64,000 bases of DNA from Sphyrna mokarran (lineage: Eukaryota): positions 28,148,001 through 28,212,000 of the forward strand of contig JAGIQG010000017.1 of NCBI GenBank assembly GCA_024679065.1, read 5' to 3'. Positions within the stretch are counted from its first letter, which is position 1. Each line of letters starts with the position of its first letter. The translations under genes and the position numbers were made by a program. Below, piece by piece: positions 50,673-63,850 of the stretch. The notes beneath the pieces were generated by a model. It worked only from the letters and a program-made list of their open reading frames with translations, was not told the origin of the DNA and ran no database searches.

Positions 50673-51399
50673 TGAATGTGCTTAACTAAGCTTCTACCAG
50701 TTCCTAAAGAATTCCAGAAATTCACAACTGTTTGTGTAAACAATTACTCCTTTTCTCCTTATTCTAAGACTGTGATGTTATGCCCTGGATCTCAGCATTT
50801 ACCTTGATGTGGAATAAGTTAGTTGAAGCTGCTGTATGCAATAGTATATCACAGGTTTGCATTTAATTTTATTTTTCCTTCACCCCATTATTTCTCTGGC
50901 TGGGCTGCAAAGTTTATTTTAGAATATTAATTTCCATAAGAAATTAACTGAATCTCCAGGCTTCAGCAGTGCATCTCCAGCTTATTTCAGTGTGACCCTA
51001 AAATATGATTTGCAACAAGACACATAGCTTTTGTTAATATATGGAGCAAACAGTGAAACACCATCACTTGACACATGATTTCAAGAATCTGAGAATCCTG
51101 TGTGTTTCTTGGTTAATTATTTTGCAGTAATTAATTATTTCAATGAGTTATTCATGAGCTATCCAACGTTTACATTTTAAAGGATAAAGTACAGATTTTC
51201 TGCTTATTCTTTACAGAATGTGATAGCTGATAACTATTCCATCATATTGTATTGTTTTGATAAAGATTGTTTCTTTTGCGGCATACTTAAAGTACAGATG
51301 TTGCTACTTCATTGTAAATATTGGTACTTTGATAAAACTTTGGTCCAAAGTAAGCTGTGTTTAAACAATGTTTAATTGTCCACTTGTCCTTATTAATAG

Positions 51400-51469
51400 G
51401 ACCCAACTCATTCATGGAGTGGCGGACTGGACCTTTCACTGAAAATGCGTGATTTAAACACAGACCAGG
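51400..51469 (+). CDS. BUB3: BUB3 second coding exon (70 nt; absent from the ORF track)
   Basis: taatAG|GAC...; encodes DPTHSWSGGLDLSLKMRDLNTDQ; donor G|GTGAGA, phase 1. Confidence 0.95.
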
Positions 51470-52962
51470 GTGAGAAATGTTAAACATGCTGTGTAAGGAG
51501 TTGAATGATGTTCTTGGAAATATTTTTATATAAGCTAAATTATGCTCCCACGTTTGTGAAGATACCTTTAACTCATAGAAATTATTTCATTGCATTGATT
51601 GTTTGAGCTTTGAAGGTTTGTGATCTACCAAGGGTATATTAACTTAATAAAACTGGAAGCCCATCTCTTGTTTCTTTTTGACATAACATTAGGCTATGTT
51701 CTAATTTCTATTTGACTTAAGCTGTCTGTGCTGATGTTTATCTTATATGTGACCAATAGTCCTAATCTGTGATGCCCGTTCTTTTTCTGTATTCTTTTGT
51801 TCCCCTTTCCTGCAACCAATGTTGATATTGTCTCTGCTTTAATAACTAACTGATTGTATACTGCAGTCTCACAACCTCTATATAAAATGTTCTTTGTCCT
51901 CAATATCTTACACTTGCTCATCTATGTCCCATTGTTGTAGACTTCTTAATCTTGTTCTGGCTCTTTCATAATTTTAAACCCCTTTGTTATTCCTGCTTGT
52001 CTTTGATTTAGAATTTGATTGGTAACCTCTGTTTCCAGCTGCATTTCAGAAGTGCGACTCGTTCATTTAGGAATCTTTGAGCTTGTAATGGAAGATTTTT
52101 GTATTGTAAGATTCAGGAAATCCTACACAAATATCTAACTTTGCTGACTTTAGAACTATTTTCAAAATTGAGATTAAAGGCCCTAAATTTTAAACTAATG
52201 GGGAAGTTTCCTGAATGTCTTCTGTGTTGGTTGAATTACTATTGCGAGATGATAAACCTTTTCAGATTGTGGTGAAGGAACAGTAAATTAAATCACATCT
52301 GACTCTTGGGGGCGAAAGCTCTGATGTATGTTGAAGACGGGCTGCATTACAATCATTTTGGTGTGGTGGGGTGTCTTATGACTTCATTCTGCTCTGAGGG
52401 TTGTACTTGGGAGGAAGGTAATCCTAGAATTACTCTTGGATTGGTTTCCAACTACTACCCTGGTTTCTACTGCATGCATTCCAATTATTGATGTTACTGA
52501 AGTGGGTTAGGGACAGTAATGTCCATTGTTTTGAATAAATTCAGTATTTAAAGATTGCATCAGATTATTTTCTGATTGAGATAGTAAGTACTTAAAGTAG
52601 AAAGTTTACTAGAAACATTTTGCAACTCATGGGACACAGCAACTTCAAAGCCCAAGTGATTTCATTATACTTACTCCCTCAATTCTTGTTTGCTGTTTTG
52701 GTCCATTTACTGTAAGCTTTGAGTCATGGAGGTGGTTTTTGTTAGTTCAATTGAGTGGCTTCATTAATTATGAATGAACATTTCAGTATCCAGCAAATTT
52801 GAAAGATGAAAGTTTAGACTTTCTGGCCTTCAAGACTCTACGGTATGCATCTATGTGGCTTGAGCTGGAAAGCACGTATACCATATTTTCAACTTGCCCA
52901 TTCTTTGAAAAGGTGTATTCCAAGGGCATTCCAGCTGGCAGTTGTTTTACAATGAAGAAATC

Positions 52963-53227
52963 ACACATAGTTAGCACTGCTGCCTCACAGTGCCAGGGAT
53001 TTGTGTTCGATTCCTGGCTTGAGTCACTGTCTTTGTGGAGTTTGCATGTTCTCCCCCTGTCAGCATGAGCTTCTTCCGACAGTCTGAAAGACATGCTGGT
53101 TTGGTACATTGGCCATGCTGAATTCACCTTCGATGTATCCGAACAGATGCTGGAGCGTGGCAACTAGGGGATTTTCACAGTAACTTTATTGCAGTGTTAA
53201 TGTAAGCATACTTATGACAGTAATAAA
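52963..53227 (+). mobile_element. V-SINE (3203-type, internally deleted)
   Basis: Head TAGTTAGCACTGCTGCCTCACAG and tail CTAGGGGATTTTCACAGTAACTT...TAATAAA. Confidence 0.85.
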
Positions 53228-53289
53228 ACAAAACTACCAGTTTTTCCTTGATGTAAGGCACAATTCAGTTAATTTGATCTTTTTTATAG

Positions 53290-53441
53290 AATCTATTGTG
53301 GGCTCACACGATGCTTCAATTCGTTGTGTTGAATACTGTCCGGAAGTGAATGTAATGGTTACGGGAAGTTGGGATCAAACAGTCAAGCTATGGGATCCTA
53401 GAACACCTTGCAATGCTGGAACGTTTGCACAGCCAGAAAGG
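53290..53441 (+). CDS. BUB3: BUB3 third coding exon (152 nt)
   Basis: tttttatAG|AA; encodes (E)SIVGSHDASIRCVEYCPEVNVMVTGSWDQTVKLWDPRTPCNAGTFAQPER; donor GTATGC. Confidence 0.97.
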
Positions 53442-54294
53442 GTATGCATTCAAATTGTTTATGAATTAATGCTCAAATTGATTAATAAATGGATAGCTAC
53501 AGTATATTTTTGTAAAAGTTGTTAGCATTATTCATGTTGACTATTTAAAAGACCTATCTTTCTATCTGTAATTACCAACTGTTATGTGTCCCTCGTGATC
53601 ATTGGACTTTTAATACCTTGAATAGGGAAGATGAAGGGTGATGTAACTGAGATGTTTTCAGTTGATTAAATGATGACAGAATAATAGAAATTGTGGATTT
53701 TTTTTCTCCTCAGCAAATAGTTGAGACTTCCAAAATCAAAACTGATACATATTCATAAGGCAATGGTATGAGGGTTATGAAGGCTGATTAATGCTGCAAC
53801 CTAGTTAGAGTTTTGTAGCAGAGTTTTGTACCAACCATCAAACACCTATCTAGCCTAAACGCTTTTTCCAGCACTTGGTATATATGCTTGTACTCTATGG
53901 TGTTTTAAGTGCTCATCTAAATACTTAAATGTTGTGAAGGTTCCTGCCTGTGTGGCAGGAGATAGAGATTCAGCCTTGATCATATTGAATGACAGAGGAG
54001 GCTCAAAGGGATGAATGGCCAACTGCACGCAAATCCTACGTTCAACATCCCAAAGCAATATCTTGAGTTAAATCCAATTACACAAGCAAAAACTGCACAA
54101 CGTTATTTGTTCTGGGAACCACTAACTTTTTCAATTGTGCAGCAACTCTTAGGAAGTCAGGTTCCAAAACTGCTTCCTGAAACAGAGTCAGACATTTAGC
54201 AAGAATGTGACATGAGGAACAAATTGTGGAAGGTGACTGAAAGATGAGAAAAGACACATTTGTGGAAGAGAGATGCAGCTAGTTAGAGGGATTG

Positions 54295-54850
54295 TTGCGA
54301 AGGATGGGATTGACCACATTGCTACAGAACACCCTATTCAGTTGTATGTGCTGTATTGCCTGCCTGTCATGGAATGTTTATGCAGAAAAATGCCTTTGAC
54401 CACACGTCCATCAGTTGGTGGCCCACGCATTAGCATCTTCAAGAATCTGCATATTCTGATCAGATGGTTCCCTCAGCACACTCAAAATCATTTGGCAGAA
54501 TGCTTCATCAGAACTTTCAAACAAGCACGCAAACATGGCTTGGCTGGTGGTGGGGAGGACCCTTTCTGTCAGATTCTCCCTGCACATTTAGATTATTAGA
54601 TTTTAAGATTCATCCCAAATTATTATAAAGGCTGTTCCTGGGGTATACATTGATGAATGTAAGCTGCTGTTGGGGGATGATCAACTTAGTGAAAGAAGCT
54701 CTTGCTGAATCCAAAAATTGATGTATAGTGTGAGTAGCTGTCAGGGATCTAGTCTTGTAGGTTGGCACATTCCAGGATCGCGTGCTGAGGGACACGCTGA
54801 AGGTGGAAACAACCAAAGCTTCAATGGGGAAAGGCCACTCTTGCACACTA
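54295..54850 (+). mobile_element. Tx1/L1-clade LINE ORF2 C-terminal remnant
   Basis: Frameshifted peptides IWQNASSELSNKH..MAWLVV, SCCWGMINLVKEAL, CRLAHSR and VLRDTLKV..WGKAT, typical of Tx1-like ORF2 ends. Confidence 0.65.
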
Positions 54851-55289
54851 TACCAAGTGACTGGAAACCTTGTAAAAACTTTCAGGCTGTATGCATTACA
54901 GAATGTTTTGATGTGAAATGTACTTTTGCTATTATATGTTATATTTTCAGTATAGTGAAGCTCCTCAAAATATTAACATAATTTGTCCTGTATTCCACTG
55001 TCAAATTTTAACTGTTTCCTACTGTATGTTTACACTTTATGAATGAAATGCTTCTAGAATACAGAGATAAGAAATCTGAAGGCTCTTGTCAGTAAGGATA
55101 CAGGATATCTTGTACTGAAGGGCAGCAGGGCCAAGAGGAAGAATGCATTTATTGGCAGTAATACATCATGATTGGAGAGAGCTGCAACTTGAGGGATTTA
55201 TATACAAGATTGTGAATTCCAAAATACAGTTTTTCTAAGATTTAAAATATCCTTATATTTAACATCAGTCATGCTGTGAAATATTCCAG

Positions 55290-56090
55290 CCCAAGCACCG
55301 TCTAGTGAATTTTCTGTGCAGTCGCATCCTTTCTATAGTGTGGTGACCAGAATTGCGCGCACTACTCCAGCTGTGGCTTAATATCTGTATTATACAGATC
55401 TATCATAATCTCCCTGCTCTTATAGTCTATGCCTCGACTAACAGTGCCAGATGTCCCATATGCTAGTGTCCCACCATTCATTGTATATTCCCTTGGCTCG
55501 TTAGTCATTCCAAATTGCATCACAGCATTTTTCAGTGGTCATTTGCATTTGCCACTGTTCTGCCCATCTGATCAGCCCATCTATATCGTCCTGTAATCTA
55601 AGGCTTTCTTTCCCCACTGTTTATCACAGTACCAGCTTTTATGTCATCTGCAAACTTGCTGATCATACTTCCTACTTTCACATGTAGATCATTAATGTAC
55701 ACTGCAAACAGCAAGCTGTCCAACACTGATCCCGTTGATGCACCACTGGACACGATGTAGTCACAAAAAAACCCGTTGACTATCACCTTCTGCCTCCTGC
55801 CACTACACCAATTTTGGATCCAAATTTTCCTATGTCTTGTGGGCGCTTATCATCTTGATCAGTCTCCCCTATGGGAGCTTGTTAAAAGCTGTGCTGAAGT
55901 TGATGTAGACTACATCAACTGCACTGTCTTCATGTACACATCTAGTCATCTCCTCAAAATGTAATCAGATTTGTTAGACATGACCTCTCCCTGGCAAAAC
56001 TATGCTGACTATCTTTGATTACTCATTGCCTCTCTAAGTGGAGATTAAGTCCCTCCAAATGTTTTCAAATAATTTCTCCACCATGAACAT
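55290..56090 (-). mobile_element. CR1 LINE RT fragment
   Basis: ORF 55598-55786 reads GSVLDSLLFAVYINDL...ISKFADD (RT catalytic motif). Confidence 0.85.
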
Positions 56091-57874
56091 AATACAAAGT
56101 AGGCACAGGAGGAGACCATTCAACCTCTTAAACCTGCTGTACCATATGATAAGATCGTGGCTGATCTGTTTCTGGCCTCAGCTCTAACTTCCTGTCTTAT
56201 CTCCTATAACCATTATCTACTTTACAAAGCAAATCAATCTATTTGAATGGTGGAACTGACTAGAGAGGCAAAATCTGTTGTAAAGTGATGTTGGCATTCT
56301 GTTTTTATGTTGAAAACCCGTAAGTCTATAGTAAACAAAGAACACTGGAGTATAATTATATGTACCTGTATATATGTTTAAACAATTATGTTTTTTCAGA
56401 GTTATTTACTGAATTCTAATAAGAAAATCCTACCTACTTGGGGTAGGTAATTTTGTGAATAAAGGAAAAATGATGGCAATTTGAAATATAGACAGAAAAA
56501 CTGGAAATACATAGCGTGGTCAGCATCTTTAAGTTGACGTTGGTGCAAGACCTAGACTGCTAAAGAAAGGCATTGTGTTTAAACATTAAAGTATACTTGC
56601 TTTTGATTGCCATTTTAATGAATTGTAGAAAATCTTTGCTTTGTGAGACAAGGAGAAACTCAACTTCAGCCCACTGTCATTTTTAAATAGATTGTGTACT
56701 TCCAGGCAGCTGAACATGTGTTGCTAAATTATATTCCACATCTGGTTGGAAAATTTTTTAATGGAGTCTGATATTATGAAAGATATGATGATATCATTGG
56801 AGCAAAAACATAGATTTGCAGTTTTATGGTCTTCGATTTGACCAAGTAATTTTAACATTTGGTTTACCAAGTTGTAGTATGTAGGTGAGGTTCAAACCTT
56901 GTAGATTTAAGGCTTATATGGTAATATAGGTATATCTTGGGTAGTTAAAGTCTCGCCTTTAAGCACCCTATTATTACTGTATTATCTACTGTATTATCTG
57001 CTAAGTGGCTGTGAAGCCACTCCATTACTCTTAGCCTAATTTTTAGTAAGGTCTTAGTTTAAAGAAAATAGGTTGTGGTGAATGCGAGTATGATTTATAG
57101 CATGTTAGCTTCCAAGAGCTAGTGATGAATCTGTGACAGAATGGAGTGGAACAGACAGGCATTGTCGATGGAGCTGTTTATTGGTTCACTGGGGTTCATT
57201 ATGGCATCAGGTTTTTTATCTGAGTGAGTAATACTTCTCCTGATGAATGTGTGCACAAGAGTAGACTGGCAGAATCTGCATGACCCATCAGCTCTGCTGC
57301 TTGATTTATGAGTGCTTAGGAGTTAGGAAGATCACAACTTGCAGTGCAGAAAGTACCTGACAACCAGTATTTCTAAAGAACAGCAATTTGACCATGGAGA
57401 AATAATGTTATACTTGTGGGATGCTGTTAAGAATTTCCATTATGATTCATTAATTTTTTTAAATAATAAAAATTCAAGTTTGTTAATATTTCAACTTCTA
57501 CTTTAGCCCCATGCGTAGTTTGTCTTTATTTTGCTGTTTTTAAAAATGATGTGCTGGTTAGTGCTTTTCATTCCCTGGCAGGCTTTCTGAGAATTCTTGA
57601 ATATGATTTGCTGCTTGCATAGTTGATAAAAATCACTGCAGATCAGCACTGGGGATTCCCATTGAGCAACATTGCAATCTGCAAGGTCTCTGAGGCTCTC
57701 TTTGAAGTCTGCAGGCAGTGCCTTTTTTTGTTACTGACCACAAAATCTGGGTCTTTGTCCTCAGCAATGCTTCCAATTTCCAATATTTTTGACATTTTTC
57801 TATAAATTGGTATGACAGAATTTCATTTTTGGCAGTTGACATGTTTCATTTCAAAACGCATTCAGTACTACTTT

Positions 57875-58105
57875 ATTTATTCATGGGGTGTGGGCATTGC
57901 TGGGTAGGCTGTCCCTAACATTCCTTAAGTGTATAGTGGTGAGTTGACACCTTGAACTGCTTTGGTCCTGTGTGGTGCAAGTGCACACAATGCTGTTAGG
58001 AAGGGAGTTATGGGATTTTGATTCAGCAATTTATGAAAGAATTACATCACCATTCTAAGTCAGGATAGTGTGCAGCTTGGAGAGAACTTGCAGATGGTGA
58101 AGTTT
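57875..58105 (-). mobile_element. CR1-clade 3' end (same family as 1-260 and 15990)
   Basis: TTATTCATGGGGTGTGGGC...GTGGTGAG...GCTGTTAGGAAGGGAGTT. Confidence 0.7.
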
Positions 58106-59564
58106 CCAACTTAAAATGGTTGCTCTGCACTTTTGTTTCATTATGTGCCAGTGGGTTTAGCACTTGTGTGTAGTTTTCTTTGAACTTTCTCCCTCTTTAT
58201 GAACCTAATTACTTTTTTTGACTAAGTGCAGTTAGTGCTGCAGAGAATACAAAAGCCAATGCAGCTTAGATTTCCATAGGAATGTTGAATCTTGTTTCTA
58301 GGGACCTTCACCTTTTCAAATTGTTTCTATAAGTTTTTTTTATATTTTTGTCTCTCTCCATTGTAATGAATGATTATGTGATATTCATGCTTAATAAAGA
58401 GCTTAATTTAAATGTGCACAATGGTGTCCTTTACTTTGTATGCAATATTTTATTCTGTATGGCTTTGAGAATAATAAGCTTCTCAAGTAAATGGTAATTT
58501 TTCACGCAATGTTGATGGGTTGTTTTATGAATCATCTTAATGCATTTAGTTGGGGTTGGTGCAAAACATCCTGATCGAGGTAATTAGTGTATTATACAGT
58601 CTTATGGACCACCGGCATATGGACATATAGGATATGTCTGTTGATTCTTAAAATCTGAACAGTTCAGCCCTAGTTGCATGCTGCTTATTATTCTATAGCA
58701 TATCCATATTTTGTGGGAGGGAAATTTTAGAAGTGGCTGTTTACAATGTTTTTGCCTCAAAGTTGGATTAATTTTAAACAAATCAGGATTTGTTGAGCTC
58801 AGCAACTTGCTCAATTTTTATCTGCAGCCACAAATAAACTTTACTTCATTCCTGAATGTCATAAGTTGCTGCTGCTGTACTGTATGAACTGATTAGGATT
58901 TATCCACTGATATGATTTCACAAAAGCTGATCTTTTCCAAATTCCAGGCTGCACAATCCAAACAAAAGCAAGCAATGAATAAATATTGAGGACAAGTTGA
59001 AAGCAGTTGACTGGGTTTTAGCATTGCATTGACATGGCTGAATGTTTACAGTTTACCCATCATAGACAATTAATGGGGATAGATAAGCTCTTGATACTTG
59101 ATAAATAACTGGAAAGAGGAAGGACTGAAGGTAGATAAAGGAGCTGATGACCTCAAGTTTGTATGTTTGTTGAGAATGAGAGTCACTTTGGCTAAATGTG
59201 CTCACGATTTTTTCACAGTACTATTTTCTTGAATGCTGAGATATGCCTGAACTTGAATGAATGACCGTTCAGAGAGAACCTCCTCAACAATTGACCATAA
59301 TAAATTTCAGGTTTAATTTGTTGAAAATTATGACTGTTGGAGCAATCTTCCACATTCAGTAGTGGATAATCTTGATTGGGTCAATTGTGTTGTGTACTGA
59401 ATTTTTTTTTGCAAAGTCAGTTCCTTCTCATAGATGCCATTCACATTGCAGGCTAGCTAACATTTTTGAAATTGATCAGTTTCAAAAAAAAAAAATGTTG
59501 AAGCTATTTAGTCTTTTATTGGGAGATTATCTCTTGCTGTTCTGTTTTGGCAGGCTATTTAGGA

Positions 59565-59770
59565 ATATAATTGGAACAAGAGCAGATTCTGCCAAGCCTG
59601 CTCCAGCATTCCATATCATTGTGGCTGATCTATCTCAACTCCATCTTCTTGCATCATCCTCTTATCCCCTGAATTCTCTTAGTATTCAAAGATCTATCAA
59701 TGTCTACCTTAAATATACTTGATGGCCAAGCATCCATAGCCTGCTGAGATAGTGAATTTGAGATAGATTT
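59565..59770 (-). mobile_element. CR1 3' tail fragment
   Basis: CCTGCTCCAGCATTCCATATCATTGTGGCTGATC is the reverse of the tail at 63768-63800. Confidence 0.6.
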
Positions 59771-60586
59771 TCATTGGTTTCCAGATGGAAGCTTAATTAC
59801 TTCTGCAGTAGTTTAAAACATCCATCCTTCAAATTTCTTTAAATATGTAATCTAAAACTTTCTATCTGCAAACTACTAACTTTAAATCTAACATTTGATT
59901 TGGTATTCTGACATTGGTACTTGAAAATCATCTGAAGCCCTGAGCAAAACCTGCTTTCCAGCTACTAGCGGGCAAAGTATTGTTTTACAATTTGTCCATT
60001 CCCAAGTCTGGATGCAGGGCAATTTTGCTGGAGACGATTTGTATGGGGTCCACCCTGCTGTGATCTTAATACTCTTTTTTTTTTTCCTGTGTCTGTGCTA
60101 TTTGTATTCCGGTGCAGTGGGATTTTTGCCTCCAAGTTGGATTTTGGTATTGGCAGTTTCATAGGACATCTGAAGTAGTCCAAAAGGAGGGATGTGAGCT
60201 GTCCAAGAAGTTTGAAAAGTCTCACTGTGACCTGAGTAGATCCTTAATATTGGTTCTCAAGACACAGAGGAGCTCATAAAGGGTTCTGTCTCTCCATTGT
60301 TTTGGGGACTAGTTTGATGCCAGTGTCTTAGGACTGCCGTCAGCTTTGTACTTTTGATCCTTGGAGTTGACGACAGGGGTGGGAAATGTGTTTATCATCA
60401 GATTTCTTGGGCAACTTTACTACAGTGAGTCAGTGAAAGATATCTTGGTTTCAGTGGATGTGTTGGAGATAGAGCAGCTTGTGGTTCTATATTATTCTCA
60501 TTGATTTTTTTTCTGTTACTTACATCTGTCAAGTGAAGAGCAATTTCAGAAATTGAGGTTTGTTTACTACGATAATATTGTTCTAT

Positions 60587-61268
60587 TGATGTATTTTATG
60601 TTTCTGAAGAACATTTTAATTAGTTTTTTCTAGTGAATCAGTATATCTGGAAGGAATGCAGCTCAGATCCTGAAAAAGCAGGATAATTGCTCATTTTAGC
60701 CGTATTGCATTTATTTCATGAACTTTATAAATAGGGAGGATCTCTGGCTCATCTTCCATTACTTTTTGATTCAAGTATGGAAGGTGTTTGAGTATACGGG
60801 GTCATATGGTAATGGTTATTGGGAGAAACTACTTTATAGCAAGGGAACAGTTTCTAATTAGTTGCTAACCGAAGCTCTTTAAAGACACAAGTCTGCTCTC
60901 TGTCCACAAAATCTTACAGGAAGCTCCAAGGCTGTTAACCCAAGTATGCTTGGGTTTGCTAACTGTATTTAAAGTGATATTTAAGTCTGTGGGAAAGCTG
61001 TTGCTTACTTGGGACTGAAATAGCACTAAGATAAAAATTAGTTCTTTTCACGTTCAATTATTAAGAGATATGCTGTTTCATTTTGTTTGAGCTATATTTA
61101 AACTGCATTATGAATAAAGCTTGTTGTGGTAAAAGATCCCTAATTTGTCAATAGAATCACTCCTGGAGTAATGCATCCTACCCTCATATATGACGAAATT
61201 TAAAAAAAAAGTTGCTGTCTAGTCTGACTTCAAAATAAACCTTGAGGTTCTGATCTGGGATCCTGACA
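60587..61268 (+). mobile_element. Probable solo LTR
   Basis: Ends CTGGGATCCTGACA like the 3695 LTR end (CTGGGATCATAACA) and has an internal AATAAA at ~61113. The left edge is uncertain and no clear TSD is visible. Confidence 0.5.
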
Positions 61269-61434
61269 TTACTAATGTTCAAAGGAATGAGGTAAATTAG
61301 CGGTCAGCTGTGAGTATCTGTATGGATGGCTTAGTTCAGTTCCTTGTTCAGCTGGGCTTTATTGCTTCAAAATTAAATGAAACAATAACGTTGAGTAAAA
61401 GATGATTTGCGTGACATCTTAAAATTTTCACAAA

Positions 61435-61750
61435 AATCATTGCATTGCAGGAGGAGGCCATTTGGCCCATTGTCTGCACTGGCTGTCCAAATGAACATTA
61501 TGGCTTGGTGTTGCACCTGTACATATTGTTTCCATTCAATTAATTATCTAATACCCTCTTGAATGCCTCAATTGAGCCTGCCTCTGCCATGCTATTAAGC
61601 AGTGCGTTCCAGATCTGATCCACTTGTGTGAAAAGATTTTTTTTCCCACATCATATTTGCTTTTTTTGCAAATTCCCTTAAATCTTTACCCTCTTGTTCT
61701 TGATCCTTTTATGATTGGAATCAGTTTCTCCCTATCTACTCTGTCCACTT
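61435..61750 (-). mobile_element. CR1 3' fragment
   Basis: Reversed tail GGAGGCCATTTGGCCCAT...CCTCTTGAATGCC. Confidence 0.65.
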
Positions 61751-62139
61751 ATCTATATTGGATGGAAATTCTATTTGAATCTTTCAGTCTGACTTCTGTC
61801 CTCAAATTGATCTTTCTCTTGGTAAAGTTATTTCTGTTTCTTGATTGCAGCTAAGGTGAACTAATCATTTAGGGTACAGAAGGTGGCTGTTCATCCCATC
61901 AAGCCCGTTATTTACTGATTCCTTGTGCTCTGAAACTGCTGCTGGCACACTCCTATGAATCTCATCATTTCCATCTTTTTTGCAGCATAACTAGCACAAT
62001 TCCTGTCATGGTTCTTGTCCTGCATCCACAGGAATGTGCCTGAGGTTTCCACGCTCGTCTACTCTTATTTCCAGATTGCATGCTGTCTTTGTTAACATCC
62101 ACAAGCTTGGAACTCTGCGTTGTAGTGCTGTGTCAGTCA

Positions 62140-62500
62140 ACTGAATGTTCAGCCTCTGTTTGAGCTGAATTTCACATCTTTATATTCTATTTATTTCTAT
62201 GTCATGACTGTCTTTGGATGAGATATTAAACCACTGTCCGTTCTCTCAGATGGATGTGAAAGATCCCATGTCCTTATTACCCAGGCCTAGTGGCCTTGCT
62301 GATATCTCTCCATCAGTACTTTATCAATCAATGTCACAAACCGACCAGCCAGCAATTATTACTACTGTTACAGTAATTTATGCACAGCACACTTCCACAT
62401 TGCTGTTTCTGCATTGCAATAGTGATGACACTTCAGGCATATTTGGCTTTAAAGCACTTTGAGTATTTGGTGGTCATGAAAGATTTTGCAAGTCTGTCTT
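62140..62500 (+). mobile_element. Deu-type SINE remnant
   Basis: CTGTCTTTGGATGAGATATTAAACC...GGATGTGAAAGATCCCATG...TAAAGCACTTTGAG...GTCATGAAAG. Confidence 0.65.
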
Positions 62501-62682
62501 TGTGGAGGCCATGAGAGTCCCTTTTGAGTTTCACTTTGGTTCAAAGGCATGCTCTAAACATGGATGAATCACTATGATGATTATTGATAAGTTTTATTGA
62601 ATGATAAAACAATTATATATAAAAAGTAAAAATCACTTTATTGAAAGGAGAGAACACTTTGTATATATCTAAAGAAAATGTA

Positions 62683-63000
62683 GAGCAGCATAGTAGCATA
62701 GTGGTTAGCATTCACGGATCTGGTTTCGAATCCCGACCCGAGTCAGTGACTGTGGAGTTTGCACATTCGCCCTGTATCTGCGTGGGTTTCCTCTGGGTGC
62801 TCTGGTTTATTCCCACAGTCCAAAGATGTGCGGGCTAGATTGATTGGCCATTCTAAATTGCCCTGAGTGAACTGGGAAACATGGGTTTAGAGGGATTAGT
62901 GGATAAATATGGGGAGGGGGTCTGGGTGGGATTGTGATTGATGCAGACTCGATAGGCCGAATGGCCCCTCTCTGCACTGTAGGAATCTATGATTCTATGA
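62683..63000 (+). mobile_element. HE1-type V-SINE
   Basis: tRNA-like head, V core GGGTTTCCTCTGGGTGCTCTGGTTT, and tail TCTATGATTCTATG. Confidence 0.85.
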
Positions 63001-63039
63001 AAAAACAAGCGGATGTTTCTTTAAACAACCCCAAATTGG

Positions 63040-63850
63040 TTTGTTTCATGGAGTATAATGTTAGCAAGTGTGAGGTTATCCACTTTGGTAGGAATAATGG
63101 TAGGAAGGATTACTGTTTAAATGGCGAAAAGTTGCAGCATGCGACAGTGCAAAGGGACCCGGGGGTCCTTGTGCACGAATCGCAAAAACACAGTATGCAG
63201 GTGCTTAAGAAGGCGAATGCAATGTTGGCCTTTATAGTTAGGGGATAGAATGTAAAAGTAGGGAGGTTCTGTTGCAGCTATATAGGTGCTGGTGAAGTCG
63301 CAGCTGGAGTACTGTGTGCAGTTTTGGTTGCTGCGTTCAAGGAAGGATATATTGGCCTTGGAGGGGGTACAGAGAAGGTTTACTAGGCTGTTACTGGAGA
63401 TGAAAGTGTTGGATTATGAGGAGAGACTGAATAGGCTAGGTTTGTACTGTGGAGTTTAGAAGGCTGAGAGGGGCTCTTATAGAGACGTATAAGATAATGA
63501 AGGGGATGGATAGGGTAGAGGTTGAGACTCTTTCTGCTTAGCAAAGATAGCAGGACTAAAGGGCACAGCTTCAAGATGGTGGGGGGGGGGGAAGAGTTCA
63601 GATCAGAATTGCAGAGGGGTTTCTTCACTCAAAGGGTGGTGAATCTTTGGAATTCTCTGCCTGATGAGGTGGTGGAGGCTTCAAGTCAAGAGTGGATAGG
63701 TTTTTGATTGACGAAGGAATTAAGGGTTACGGGGAGAAAGCAGCAAAGTGGTACTGAACTACTACAAATCAGCCATGATCTTATTGAATGGCGGGGCAGG
63801 CTCGAGGGGGTGGATGGCCTACCCCTGCTCCTATTTCTTATGTTCTTATG
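63040..63850 (+). mobile_element. CR1 (HER1-like) LINE 3' 800 bp
   Basis: MEYNVSKCEVIHFGRNN...KKANAMLAFI...FFTQRVVNLWNSLP with frameshifts; (TTCTTATG)2 tail. Confidence 0.9.

Noticed and set aside
54718-54790. MYSVSSCQGSSLVG looks superficially like the next BUB3 exon (VYTLSVSGDRLIVG)
   Set aside because: There is no proper acceptor and no WDLRN motif, and other frames match a Tx1-like LINE ORF2 end.
57122-57223. Possible intronic C/D snoRNA (GTGATGA...CTGA)
   Set aside because: No terminal stem, no recognisable rRNA/snRNA guide, and far from any 3' splice site.
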